A stretch of 64,000 bases of DNA from an uncultured delta proteobacterium (GCA_963789265.1 CAWBKB010000001.1:640001-704000); one strand, 5' to 3'; positions 10,587 to 20,308 are shown, numbered from the stretch's first letter. A program made the numbers and translations. Notes: generated by a model from the sequence alone, not told the origin.

Positions 10587-10931
10587 GTGGACGGAACAGA
10601 TACTTCACTCGATCCGATGATCGAGGAAATTGTCCGGGCAGTGGTGGACGCCGTGGCCCCGGAACAGATCATACTTTTCGGGTCATCCGTCCGCGACGAG
10701 CGAGGGCCGGACTCCGACGTGGACCTGCTCGTTGCAGAAAAGGAAGCCTCGTTTCATCACGGCTCTCGATGGGCGGAATCCGGCCGCATACGCAGGGCTC
10801 TATGGAAATTCCCGGTTCCCATCGACGTGCTCATTTTCACTCCCGAAGAAGTGGACGAGTGGAAGCATGGGACCAATCACGTTATAGCGCGCTCCCGGAG
10901 AGAGGGAAGGGTGGTCTATGACCGGGCATGA
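10587..10931 (+). CDS. Minimal nucleotidyltransferase (MNT, MntA-type antitoxin)
   Basis: IILFGSSVRD..PDSDVDLLV (GS..DxD), PIDVLIFTPEE and REGRVVYDRA end; overlaps a HEPN gene start. Confidence 0.85.
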   Translation: MDGTDTSLDPMIEEIVRAVVDAVAPEQIILFGSSVRDERGPDSDVDLLVAEKEASFHHGSRWAESGRIRRALWKFPVPIDVLIFTPEEVDEWKHGTNHVIARSRREGRVVYDRA

Positions 10932-10990
10932 AGAAGCCCAGAGGATGCTTGCCGTAGCCGGGATCGATTTGAAAACCTTGCGCGGGGGGT
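10918..10990 (+). pseudogene. HEPN-domain toxin, 5' fragment only
   Basis: MTGHEEAQRMLAVAGIDLKTLRG resembles the first HEPN helix in MNT-HEPN pairs. The resemblance ends at GGGGTCATTAAGGGGTCACCCC. Confidence 0.6.
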
Positions 10991-11003
10991 CATTAAGGGG
11001 TCA

Positions 11004-11122
11004 CCCCAAAGGCATTGCTTTTTGCAGCAGGGAACTCGCAGCTCAGGTTGAGCTCCATTACTCGACAGTGAGTGGGACCGGACGGCACGAAAAGTGTAAG
11101 TCAAGACACAAGTCCTGGCCCC
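11004..11122 (+). mobile_element. ~118-bp mini-element, Y1/RAYT-transposase-derived (copy 1)
   Basis: TTGCTTTTTGCAGC ... CAAGACACAAGTCCTGGCCCC ends; the interior translates as ELAAQVELHYSTVS. Homologous to 24626-24741 and 55578-55695. Confidence 0.6.
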
Positions 11123-11184
11123 AATTCCATTCATCGACCCCACCTCACTGGATGCGTAGTATAGAACAAAAGGTGAATTGATAC

Positions 11185-11394
11185 ATGCAAGATTACAGAG
11201 TGGAAACAAAAGTCTCAAGTGATGGGTCACTGACTATCAGCGGCGTACCTTTCCAGCCGGGAGACAAAGTCGAGGTCATCATACGAAGTCATAAGGAACG
11301 CCAGGGTAAACGTTATGCTCTGCGTGGTAAGCCGATTAGACATAACGATCCATTTGGCAGGGTGGCTGAAGAAGATTGGGAAGCTATAAAATGA
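11185..11394 (+). CDS. Small antitoxin of a VapBC-type pair
   Basis: 69 aa with an SDGSLTI..PFQPGDKVEVII beta-type N-terminus and LRGKPIR..DPF..VAEEDWEA C-terminus. The stop overlaps a PIN toxin start (ATGA). Confidence 0.65.
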   Translation: MQDYRVETKVSSDGSLTISGVPFQPGDKVEVIIRSHKERQGKRYALRGKPIRHNDPFGRVAEEDWEAIK

Positions 11395-11441
11395 TCATCC
11401 TTGATACCCACATTTGGGTGTGGTGGGTACACGCACATTAA
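11391..11441 (+). pseudogene. VapC/PIN toxin, only the first 16 codons
   Basis: MIILDTHIWVWWVHAH* is the LDTH..W start of PIN toxins. The TAA comes from the motif TTAATGGGTGACCCC. Confidence 0.7.
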
Positions 11442-11548
11442 TGGGTGACCCCATCCTGACCCCATCCCACTTCAAAACCTTACCCGTTCTTTCTCCGAAA
11501 ACGACTCAAACTTCTTGACCCTCGAATATTGTGGGTACAATAATTCTT

Positions 11549-11836
11549 GTGAAGGTCGACTTTGACCCTGAAAAGAAGGCCCGAAACATGGAGTTGCGAG
11601 GGATTTCTTTTGAGGAAGCCGCCCGATTCGAATGGTAGAGCGCAGTAATCATCCCTGACACGCGCCAAGATAATGGTGAGGCACATTACCGGTCTTTCGG
11701 CTTCATTGACAATCGTCTTCATGCCCTGGTTTTTACCCCACGTCAAGGCGCAATCCGGGTTATTAGTTTCCACAAGCCCAACCGTCGGGAGGTGCTTAGG
11801 TTCTATGAAACGCAAATCCAACCCGGAACTGATTGA
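11549..11836 (+). pseudogene. brnT: BrnT-family toxin with an in-frame TAG (11636-11638)
   Basis: GTG start, then KVDFDPEKKARNMELRGISFEEAARFEW*SAVIIPDTRQDNGEAHYRSFGFIDNRLHALVFTPRQGAIRVISFHKPNRRE. An ATTGT..ACAAT palindrome lies just upstream. Confidence 0.85.
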
Positions 11837-12113
11837 TAAGGAGAATCCGGAATGGACCAAGGAAGATTTCCAGCATGCCCGCCCAGGCGGTGAAGTGCTG
11901 CCGGAACTCTTTGGGCCACAAGTTGCCGCCGACATGCTGAAATCACGAGGGCGGCCGAAAGCCGCTGAAACTAAAACCCATTTCAATATCCGCCTCGACG
12001 CCGACGTTCTGGAGGCCTTCAAGGCAACAGGGCGTGGCTGGCGAACTCGCATAAATAAGGCTCTGCGTGAATGGCTTAAGGAAAAGAGCTCAGGAAAATC
12101 ATTACGCACCTGA
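11805..12113 (+). CDS. brnA: BrnA antitoxin
   Basis: DKENPEWTKEDF, RGRPK and IRLDADVLEAFKATGRGWRTRINKALREW (RHH); overlaps the brnT 3' end. Confidence 0.9.
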   Translation: MKRKSNPELIDKENPEWTKEDFQHARPGGEVLPELFGPQVAADMLKSRGRPKAAETKTHFNIRLDADVLEAFKATGRGWRTRINKALREWLKEKSSGKSLRT

Positions 12114-12248
12114 TCGTCAGGAGGTTGGCTTGTAATCATTCAGCGTATGCGCAAGAGAGTTACTTGCGGCTGCACAGTCCGCCGATCGGCGGCTCTCGGC
12201 ACGGTTTCGGGTGTCATTTTTCGACCCGATATGATAAGATCGGTCTTT

Positions 12249-12662
12249 ATGAAGAAATCAATACCTTTCTTTTTAGTGACCGTTACGGTCCTGTGGAGCC
12301 TTGCGTCGGCGGTCTCGGCCTCCGGGGCGAACTACTACGATATTCGAGGCCAATGGGTCGGGAACGCCAAGGGTCCCATCTTTGGTGCCAAGGGCACCGT
12401 CACGATTATCGGCCAGCGCGGCGAAGACATTGAGGGCATAGTAGAAGGCGGGAACTGGCTTGGAAGTGCCAAATTCAACATAATCGGCAAGATTCGCGGC
12501 AATTATATCTTCGGGGAGAAAGAAGGGAACACGTTCCAGGGTTATCTGTACGCCGACGGGACCATTAGAGGGTTCATGCGTGGGGTGGACGGAGACACGT
12601 ATCAGATATTCCTGAAAAGGCCCTACCAGCAATGGGGAATGCCTCCTGGAGGAATGTGGTAA
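12249..12662 (+). CDS. Exported hypothetical beta-rich protein
   Basis: Signal peptide MKKSIPFFLVTVTVLWSLASAVSA followed by a Gly-rich beta-strand body. Confidence 0.7.
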   Translation: MKKSIPFFLVTVTVLWSLASAVSASGANYYDIRGQWVGNAKGPIFGAKGTVTIIGQRGEDIEGIVEGGNWLGSAKFNIIGKIRGNYIFGEKEGNTFQGYLYADGTIRGFMRGVDGDTYQIFLKRPYQQWGMPPGGMW

Positions 12663-12675
12663 TCCACTCGATCTC

Positions 12676-13521
12676 ATGATGCGACGCAGATTCATCGGGG
12701 GACCGGGCAGAAGAGCGTTCGTTGTTCTCGGCCTTTGTGTTGCCGTCTTCCTGGTCCTTCTTTATGTCTTCACCAGGGAACACAAATTGAACGGTTTGTT
12801 GGTGGATCTTGAATTGGGAGGGCCGGACCCTTCCCGGCACAGCGCTTTGAGAGAAGTGCTCACTCACAGCCTTCAAGATGAGATTCCTTCTCTCGGGAAT
12901 ACTCATATTACCATCCGATACGTCCATTTTTCGGACCTTACGAGCAAAGACCTGAATCGGGGAGACGTAGATTTCGTAATCTTGAGCCCCCAGAGCACTC
13001 CATGGTACAAATATCGCGGCGAGGCCGGAGCAAAGCTGGAATCGGCCAAAGCGCTGGTGAAGGACCTCGTGTTGAAGGGAGATGTCCCGGTACTTGGCAT
13101 TTGCGGTGGCCTCCAGTTTCTGGCCCTGGCTTTTGGCGGATCGGTCGATTTCATTGATTCCAATTTCATGGGTGCCTTCCCGGACGTTTATCCCAAAGAT
13201 GCGTGCGCTGAGCGTGGAGAGGTTGTCTTACACATCTTGAGAAGGGACGATCCAATCTTTGCCGGTTTGGCCGAGAACTCCGACAATGTCACAGTCATGG
13301 AAAGCCATTACGAGGAAGTGAAAGCCATCCCCAAGGGCTTCATCAATTTAGCGACAAGCAGCCTGTCACCCCTACAATTGATTCGATTTCCTGAAAAGCC
13401 CGTGTACGGTGCAGCGTTCCACCCGGAGAGATGCCCCGAGGGCGGGAATGGGTCAGGGGCAAGCGTGTGCGACGGCAGGCAGATCCTTGCCAATTTCTTA
13501 AGAATGGCCTCCCGCAAATAA
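12676..13521 (+). CDS. Class I glutamine amidotransferase-like hydrolase with an N-terminal membrane anchor
   Basis: PVLGICGGLQ nucleophile elbow, ESHYEEV and AFHPE catalytic His-Glu; hydrophobic N-terminal segment. Confidence 0.8.
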   Translation: MMRRRFIGGPGRRAFVVLGLCVAVFLVLLYVFTREHKLNGLLVDLELGGPDPSRHSALREVLTHSLQDEIPSLGNTHITIRYVHFSDLTSKDLNRGDVDFVILSPQSTPWYKYRGEAGAKLESAKALVKDLVLKGDVPVLGICGGLQFLALAFGGSVDFIDSNFMGAFPDVYPKDACAERGEVVLHILRRDDPIFAGLAENSDNVTVMESHYEEVKAIPKGFINLATSSLSPLQLIRFPEKPVYGAAFHPERCPEGGNGSGASVCDGRQILANFLRMASRK

Positions 13522-13606
13522 CAGGCTCGCCGCCGTTGACAGCAGCGCCATCCCACCTTATCGTCTTTCTAAAGGCCCTTTGAAGAAGGCCTCGAAGGAG
13601 GTTCTC

Positions 13607-13906
13607 ATGGATGATATCGAGAAAAGCAGAGTGCGGCTTATACACTGGATCGAACACAACCTGGAGCATCTTAAAGGTTACAATGAAGTAGCAGAAATTC
13701 TTGAAAGAGATGGTTTCACTTCTGCGTCCGACCGCATACGTCGCGGAGTGAAATTGATTGAGGCTGCAAACGAGGAATTCGAGACGGCTCTAGCCGGCTT
13801 GAGTGCACCGGCGGAAGAAGTTTCAGCGGTCGCAAGTGAGCCTACTCACAGCCATGCGCATGCAGAGAGTCATGAGCACGGCGTCGAGCACGCTCACAAA
13901 CATTAA
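13607..13906 (+). CDS. Small helical protein with a His-rich C-terminus (putative metal-binding)
   Basis: HWIEHNLEH motif and HSHAHAESHEHGVEHAHKH tail; AAGGAGG RBS. Confidence 0.7.
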   Translation: MDDIEKSRVRLIHWIEHNLEHLKGYNEVAEILERDGFTSASDRIRRGVKLIEAANEEFETALAGLSAPAEEVSAVASEPTHSHAHAESHEHGVEHAHKH

Positions 13907-13935
13907 CCAAACAATTCGCCCGGAAACAGGATAAC

Positions 13936-15232
13936 TCACTCGGCCAGGGCTTGGGCCAGGTCCTCCAGAATGTCGTCGATGTCTTCAATGCCCACCGATA
14001 GCCTGATGAGATCCGGAGGAAGTCCTGCTGCCACTTGTTGCTCCCGCGATAGTTGAGAATGGGTTGTACTCGCCGGATGAATCGCTAAACTTTTCGCATC
14101 GCCCACATTGGCCAAATGCGAGAACAAGCGCAATCGATTTATAAACTCTTCGGCCGCGGCGCCGTTGCCCTTTATGCCGAAGACGACCATCCCGCCTCCA
14201 AGCCCTTTACGAAAATAGCGCTGGACCGCATCGTACGATGGATCTCCGGGCAGGCCCGGATAGCGAACCCACTCCACGCGCGGATGCTTCGCCAAGAACC
14301 GGGCCACTTCCAGCGCATTGGAACAATGGCGCTCCATCCTCACTGAAAGCGTTTCCAGCCCTTGCAAGAAACATCCAGGAATTATCGGGGCTTATGCATG
14401 CGCCCAGATTTCTGAGGGGTACAAGGCGCATCCGCAGTATGAACGCCATCGGCTGAAGTTCACCGAGGTCGTATCCGAACCGTATTCCCGCGTACGAGGG
14501 TTCCGGCTTACTGAATAGCCCAAACTTTGAATCGGTCCAATCGAATTTCCCCGCATCTACGACCACACCGCCGATACCTGTGCCATGTCCGCCGATCCAT
14601 TTGGTGAGAGAATGAACAACCACATCGGCTCCGTGCTCAATGGGCCTGAAGATGCAGGGGGGCGTAAACGTGGAATCTACGATCAGAGGGACGTGCGCTT
14701 CCTGTGCTATGCGTGCGATGGCCTCAAAGTCGGGTACTCCCAATTCCGGGTTGCCGATGGACTCGACGTAAATCGCCCTGGTTTGGGAATTCACAGCGGT
14801 ACGGAATTCCTTTGGATCTCTATGATCGACAAAACGCACCGTAATGCCGAGATGAGGCAGGATATCGTTGAACATAGTATACGTCCCGCCGTAAAGGTTT
14901 TTTGCCGAAACCAACTCCTCTCCTGCTTCCATCATATTGATCAGCGAATAAAAGATGGCGCTGGTTCCCGAGGCAAGGGCAAGAGCGGCCACCCCCGATT
15001 CCAGAGCGGCCATCCTTTTTTCAAGGATTTCCGTCGTAGGGTTCGTCAAGCGGGTGTATATATTCCCCAGTTCCTTCAAGGAGAACAGGGCCGATGCATG
15101 TTTAGCATCCCTGAACACATAAGCCGCGGTGCGATGTATTGGGACACCTCTCGCGAGCGTGACCGGATCGGGTTCCTGACCGGCATGGATAGCCAGAGTA
15201 TCAAATCTATACTCGGGATCGGGTGATCTCAC
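13936..15232 (-). CDS. metY: O-acetylhomoserine aminocarboxypropyltransferase; one extra base at ~14364
   Basis: GNIYTRLTNPT and HSLTKWIGGHG (PLP lysine) in one frame; QGLETLSVRMERH, HLANVGDAKSLAIHPASTTHSQL and IRLSVGIE in the next. Confidence 0.93.
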
Positions 15233-15439
15233 TGCACGGGCCTCCTGAGGGTTCTATACGGGCAATTTCAACGGTAAGTTCTCAGAGTACCTCAATATCG
15301 ACTCATTGGCAACCGGTCGTGCAAAGTTTTCTGCTAAAGCGGAGGTGGTTTCGTAATGCCGCAACATCATGGGGCAAAGCCGGAGTCAGGCTCGCCTTCG
15401 TGCTGTTCTAATAATTCGTCAAGTTACCTGCAAAAAAAC

Positions 15440-15468
15440 TTGACAAGACCCTCAATCCTAATTATAGG
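15440..15468 (+). promoter_or_regulatory. Putative sigma70 promoter
   Basis: TTGACA (15440-15445), 17-nt spacer, TATAGG (15463-15468). Confidence 0.45.
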
Positions 15469-15537
15469 GAGCCTCGTGATTACGGTGTATTAGCCGTAAC
15501 TAGGGATGATGACAGGCGGATTTTGCTTGTAGTCGTT

Positions 15538-15717
15538 CACCGCGAAGTATGCCGAGAACGCAGAGATAAAAAATGGCTAGCGTATCATCGCACAAGCCGA
15601 GCAGGGACCCGGCCAAGCCGGCATCGTCTTCATTCTAACAGACCTGAATGCTCTGCGCGTCGATCGGGAGAGACGCAAGAAATAGACTGCTCGACGTTCT
15701 CAGCGGTCTCCGCGGTG
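15538..15717. repeat. ~180-bp element with long imperfect terminal inverted repeats (copy 1)
   Basis: CACCGCGAAGTATGCCGAGAACG pairs with CGTTCTCAGCGGTCTCCGCGGTG; the interior aligns by eye with 20914-21086. Confidence 0.6.
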
Positions 15718-15749
15718 TACAAATACCAGTATGTAATTGGGGGTAGGTT

Positions 15750-16169
15750 ATGCGCAACAATGTCTCCTTCGATCATGGTGAAGCATGTTCTGAAGATTTA
15801 GTTGGGGCAAAGTACAAATATGTGAAAACTCTGATCAACATAGCCAAAAAGAACGGCTTGGATATCGAAAGTCTGGACCTCATACCGAAGGACCTGCCGC
15901 CCATCACAGACGAGAGTCTCTCCAAAAGGGAAATCGCCGGGCGCAACCGTCTCGTCAAGAGTATCTTTCAACGCTTCAGCAGCATTCTTACCCCACCAAT
16001 TCCCCGCGATCTGGAAAAGTCGATAAAGAGCAAAGAGCCAAATAATTGGTTGCCTTGGGAAAAAGAAGCCATGGAAAAAAGTGCCCTGTGGCGCAATGAA
16101 ATAGCCACAATTCGGCCGGAGATTCTGCGGGAACTCAGTCACGCCTTTCGAATGAATGCGGGGAAATGA
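15750..16169 (+). CDS. Hypothetical protein
   Basis: 139-aa ORF after a GGGGGTAGG purine run; no motif recognised. Confidence 0.6.
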   Translation: MRNNVSFDHGEACSEDLVGAKYKYVKTLINIAKKNGLDIESLDLIPKDLPPITDESLSKREIAGRNRLVKSIFQRFSSILTPPIPRDLEKSIKSKEPNNWLPWEKEAMEKSALWRNEIATIRPEILRELSHAFRMNAGK

Positions 16170-16208
16170 TTTGCATCAATTCCCTTTGAAGCGAGTGAAA
16201 CCATATTC

Positions 16209-16335
16209 CTGGTAGGGGCGGGTTTCAGACCCCCCCTACATGTCGTCATGCCAACGTACGCCGGCAACCGCTGTCGGGGTGGACACGCGGGTCCGCCCCG
16301 ACATAGCCCGGATCGAAGTCCGGGGTGATCCCGCG
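16209..16335. repeat. GTAG-type REP-like repeat cluster
   Basis: CTGGTAGGGGCGGGTTTCAGACCCC..CTACATGTCGTCATG; a second copy lies at 26970-27115. Confidence 0.65.
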
Positions 16336-16445
16336 TTCCACACGTAACTGCTTCACAAGACTTAATGGTTATAAATGCCTGTGCTTAATTCTTGACATTT
16401 GACGTAATATCGAATAATTGCTTTTCCATGTTAAAGAAGTTTATC

Positions 16446-18377
16446 ATGCAACTGGAGAAGCGGACTCCGGTCGAGAGTTTGCTTTCACGCTTTAAGGATT
16501 TGTTCCAGTCCGACCCGCCCCATCATCCATATTTCACCGATGAAGCGTTTTCCTTTCTGCTGGATTTTCTTGCAAAGGGCGAACCGTCTTATCAACACGT
16601 GGCCGTTCAGGCCGCGGTGCGATGGGCCGCATCTTCGCAACGTGTCATGTTGAGAAACGCCATTCTGCAGAGAGGATTCTTGACGCCTTCGTGTCTGTGG
16701 GCGTACAGGCAAGTCAGGGGCACCCATGACGAGCTCTTCAGGGATTACTCTTCCCCGGAAATGGGATTCCTTCAGATCTTGCTTTTAAAAGAGACCGACC
16801 CTGCCTTGTCCGTCCCGTTTCTCATGGAGCGCTTCTTCAATCGCCGGGATGTGTCGGAAGAGCTTAGAGTGGCTTCCAGACTCTGCATTCTGAGGCTCCT
16901 TGATTCGGTGGTCTCTCCCGATGTGGTGCGTTCCCTTCAATCGAAGTATCCTGGTGTCCCGATCTTGAGGCAGTGGCGACCCGCCATACCTGGCCGATGC
17001 CCGGAGCCGGCCAGGGGACCGAGCCCGGGACACATAGACTTCCATCAACTGGTGCGTTCCGTCCACGACATGAAAGAGCTTTCGTCGCTCACCCGTACCG
17101 TCTATCTGATGTCGTTGTTTTACGTGCCGCTAACCGACAAAGAGTTGAGGGCACTTTGGCTCAGCCAAACAGACCAGGCCTTCTTTGACCGGCTCAGGCA
17201 CGCCAGGGTGGTGGATGCGGCCAACGGGGGTTTTCTTCTTTCGACTGACCCGTCAAGGCAAGCTGTGGTAAAGAAGTTTCTATACGAATCTTATTCATTG
17301 GCAAAAGAATCCGTCCGCCGCCGGAAGGCCGAACGCCTACGGGAGGATCGTGAAAGAAAGGTCCGAAACAGCGAGCTTGACAGACAGGCTCTGGAGATGG
17401 TGCCTGATGGCATCATCTGTGTGGATTGCACCGGCCTTTTGTATTATATGAATCGCGCTGCCGAATCGATGTTGAACGAAAACCGGCCGTTGCGGGAGCG
17501 TCTGTTTGGCACCGGCTCGCTTGAAGATGCGCTGCGAAGTTACTCCAAAGAGGGGGTCCTTTCCAGAATAAAGGCTTCGATTCGGAGGAATGAAGACAGC
17601 GCTGAAATCTTCGGCGATCGAGTTGCGATCGGATGCGGCGGGAAACGATTTGAGGTGGAACTTGGTGCTCAGGTTCTGCTACTCCGCGATGGCACCGACC
17701 AACATTTGATCGATAACGAGATTGGAAAACTGTATCGGCATGAACTAAAGGCGGCACTAGATGTTATCGGTGTCGGCCTGGCTACAATCAAGCAGCTCGT
17801 TGCCGAGGGGCGTACCGAGGAAGGGGTAGAATTCCTGGACCAAGTTGAGGCCAAGCGAGCGGAACTGGTCTCCATGCTTGAAGAACGGATCGATTTTATA
17901 CGACTTCACTCGGACTCGTTTCATATACGCCCTTCAACTGTCAATCTAAACTTGGTGGTGGACAAATGCGTCACAGATTACAGGGACGCCGCAGGGGCCA
18001 AAGGTCTAAGGATAAGCTCTAACCACCTCCACATAACAGCGATTCAGGTAACAGGGGAGGAGCGCTTTCTGGTCAGGGCGCTGGCCAATATTCTGAGAAA
18101 CGCTGTTAAATTCTCTCCCAAGGGGAAAGAAATCAAAGTCTCGATAGGAGAGGTCAACTTTGAAGCTTTCATCCGAGTTGAAGACAACGGCCCTGGAATC
18201 CCACCCGAGAATCTCGGGAAGATATTTCAGTTGGGGTTCACCACAGACGGGACTGGGAGAGGACTTTATCTGGCTCGTAGAATAGCCTCAGCCCACGGCG
18301 GGAGAATAGACGTTAAAACCAAGCCTGATAATGGGGCCACCTTCACGTTTTGGCTGCCTCTGCTAAAGGAGTCGTAA
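16446..18377 (+). CDS. Soluble sensor histidine kinase (unknown N-terminal region, PAS, HisKA, HATPase)
   Basis: PAS start ALEMVPDGIICVD..MNRAAE, H-box RHELKAAL, N-box ANILRNAVKF, DNGPGI, FQLGFTT and GTGRGLYL. The start is uncertain (16392, 16428 or 16446). Confidence 0.88.
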   Translation: MQLEKRTPVESLLSRFKDLFQSDPPHHPYFTDEAFSFLLDFLAKGEPSYQHVAVQAAVRWAASSQRVMLRNAILQRGFLTPSCLWAYRQVRGTHDELFRDYSSPEMGFLQILLLKETDPALSVPFLMERFFNRRDVSEELRVASRLCILRLLDSVVSPDVVRSLQSKYPGVPILRQWRPAIPGRCPEPARGPSPGHIDFHQLVRSVHDMKELSSLTRTVYLMSLFYVPLTDKELRALWLSQTDQAFFDRLRHARVVDAANGGFLLSTDPSRQAVVKKFLYESYSLAKESVRRRKAERLREDRERKVRNSELDRQALEMVPDGIICVDCTGLLYYMNRAAESMLNENRPLRERLFGTGSLEDALRSYSKEGVLSRIKASIRRNEDSAEIFGDRVAIGCGGKRFEVELGAQVLLLRDGTDQHLIDNEIGKLYRHELKAALDVIGVGLATIKQLVAEGRTEEGVEFLDQVEAKRAELVSMLEERIDFIRLHSDSFHIRPSTVNLNLVVDKCVTDYRDAAGAKGLRISSNHLHITAIQVTGEERFLVRALANILRNAVKFSPKGKEIKVSIGEVNFEAFIRVEDNGPGIPPENLGKIFQLGFTTDGTGRGLYLARRIASAHGGRIDVKTKPDNGATFTFWLPLLKES

Positions 18378-19575
18378 ATGAAGAATCGCCCGACCGTGCT
18401 GTTGGCAGACGACGAGGACATAATCCGCCGCAAAGTACTCATGATGCTGGGCGACACGTTTCACTTCGAACAGGCCGCGACCGCTCGATCTGCGCGTGAA
18501 AAATCCGAGAAGAGCTATGATGCAGTACCTGTTGGATATCGTCTTCCCCGACGGCAACGGGATAGAAATCTGTCGTGAAATAAAAGAGCGGGACCCTCAC
18601 AGCACCGTAATCATAACGTCGTCTATGGAAAGCGTGGATGCTTGGAATCAAGCCTTCCAAGCCGGTGCGGACGGATACCTCGAAAAGAGAGAGCTACTTG
18701 GGTTGGACCCGCGGAAGCTTGTGCTCACGATCCTCAATTTGGTTGAACGTAATCGACTGCGGCGGCAAGCAGAGGCGACCAATCGGCGTCAGACGGAACT
18801 CTTGTCCGTCTTGTCGCATGATGTCAGGGCACCGTTTCAAACATTGCTCGGCACCATAGAGTTGCTCAAAAAAAATCCCGCGAAGCAGGCGACCCACAAC
18901 ATAGAAACGCTTTATAGGTGTGCTAAAGATCAACTTGCCTTCATTAATTCCCTGCTGGAATTCTTGAGGCTCGAATCCGGTACCGTGGGCCTGCGTCGCT
19001 CCCCATTGGATGTCAACCTTCCCGTCAATCTTTCAGTCCAGAGGCTGAGCAGTCTTGCTGCCCGAAAAGAGATCTCTCTGAAAACCAACCTGCAACCGGA
19101 TCTCCCCAAAATAGACGGTGATATAGCGAGGATTTCGCAACTTGTCGGCAATCTCGTCAGCAATGCCATCAAGTTCACTCCCAGGCATGGGCAGATCAAG
19201 GTGAGGACCTCGGTCGCGAACAAGGACGGCGTTTCGGGAGTAGAGATTTCTGTTGAGGATACCGGATTGGGAGTTAATCCAAAGGACCGCGAAAAGATCT
19301 TTCAGCGCTTTCATCGAGGCCGCGATACCGGAACGGAAGGAGAGACCGGAACAGGGCTGGGCCTGTCCATCTGCAAAGAAATAGCTCATCTGCATGGAGC
19401 GACACTGAGAGTCGATGACAGGAAGCCGCAAGGAACCATTTTCACGGCCTGGTTTTCTGCGCTGTCCTCCCATATCGGAAACGATTCAAAGACAGGCCGT
19501 CACGCTCGGTTTTCAGCGGAAGCCGACGCCGGAGGCAACCCCGCGGGGCAATTGACGAATCGTTCCACCGCATGA
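18378..19575 (+). CDS. Hybrid response regulator-histidine kinase; one extra C at ~18528
   Basis: Receiver motifs VLLADDE, YDAVLLDIVFPDGNG and GADGYLEK; H-box LSHDVRAP, NLVSNAIKF, DTGLG and GTGLGLSI. Confidence 0.88.
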
Positions 19576-19603
19576 TAGGTTGATAAACTGAGAAAAATGT
19601 ACG

Positions 19604-20308
19604 GTGACTCTGAAACGTTTGACCCCTAGTTTGTTTGCTCGACGCGCCGCAAAAAGGCCGAATCCCGCCGGATCGAGAGCATTAGTGCGTTACGCAGGGA
19701 CTATTGTCGTTGCGGCAATGATGCTTTGTGGATGCCAGCTTGTCCCTCACCAGCCTGAAGCTGTGTTCGTTCTGTATCGAGACCGCATGAAATCCAAAAA
19801 CCTGGAAGAAGCGCGATCTCTACTCACCAGTGATTCAAGAATGCTGGCTCTACAACTTGCTACCGACCACAAACTGAGGCAAGCTCCTGAATCATTGGCG
19901 CTCCTTAACGCTCTGGATCCCCTCGGTACTCCTGTAGTCATGAAATCGGACGAAACTTCCGCCCTGCTGCAGTTAAGAACACTGAAGGGCGGGTTGAGAC
20001 TGATCCGGCTGATTCGAAAGGACCCGAACTCACCCTGGAAAATCGACATCACCGATGAGCTGCAATCTCTTCAGTCTTTTCTAGAGGCTCGTAGCACCTT
20101 GGACATGATTCGGGAGCAGGCTGGCGAATATGCGGCCACATATAGGGCATTCAGCGATCAACTTGATAAGATGCACGTACCCGAGCCACCGCCGGTCAAG
20201 GCAGCGACCCTAAAATCTCCGGCTCCAAAACAGCGCAAGAAGCCGAAAGCACAAAAGAAGAGTAGCACTAAGAAAAAAGGACACAAAAAGCAGGTGAATC
20301 GGCGTTGA
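19604..20308 (+). CDS. Putative lipoprotein with a Lys-rich C-terminal tail
   Basis: Hydrophobic stretch ending in a lipobox-like LCGC; tail KQRKKPKAQKKSSTKKKGHKK. Confidence 0.65.
   Translation: MTLKRLTPSLFARRAAKRPNPAGSRALVRYAGTIVVAAMMLCGCQLVPHQPEAVFVLYRDRMKSKNLEEARSLLTSDSRMLALQLATDHKLRQAPESLALLNALDPLGTPVVMKSDETSALLQLRTLKGGLRLIRLIRKDPNSPWKIDITDELQSLQSFLEARSTLDMIREQAGEYAATYRAFSDQLDKMHVPEPPPVKAATLKSPAPKQRKKPKAQKKSSTKKKGHKKQVNRR

Noticed and set aside
11636..11638. In-frame TAG in brnT read as pyrrolysine or stop readthrough
   Set aside because: There are no pyl genes in the window, the toxin's C-terminal motif is also degenerate, and both neighbouring toxins are broken too.
11673..11804. N-terminal extension of the 146-aa ORF 11673..12113
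   Set aside because: It overlaps brnT in another frame; BrnA similarity starts at the ATG at 11805.
15470..15730. Long fold-back read as 6S RNA or a known riboswitch
   Set aside because: I recognise no family consensus, the gene context is not typical for 6S RNA, and a homologous copy exists at 20914-21086. Reported as a repeat or candidate leader instead.
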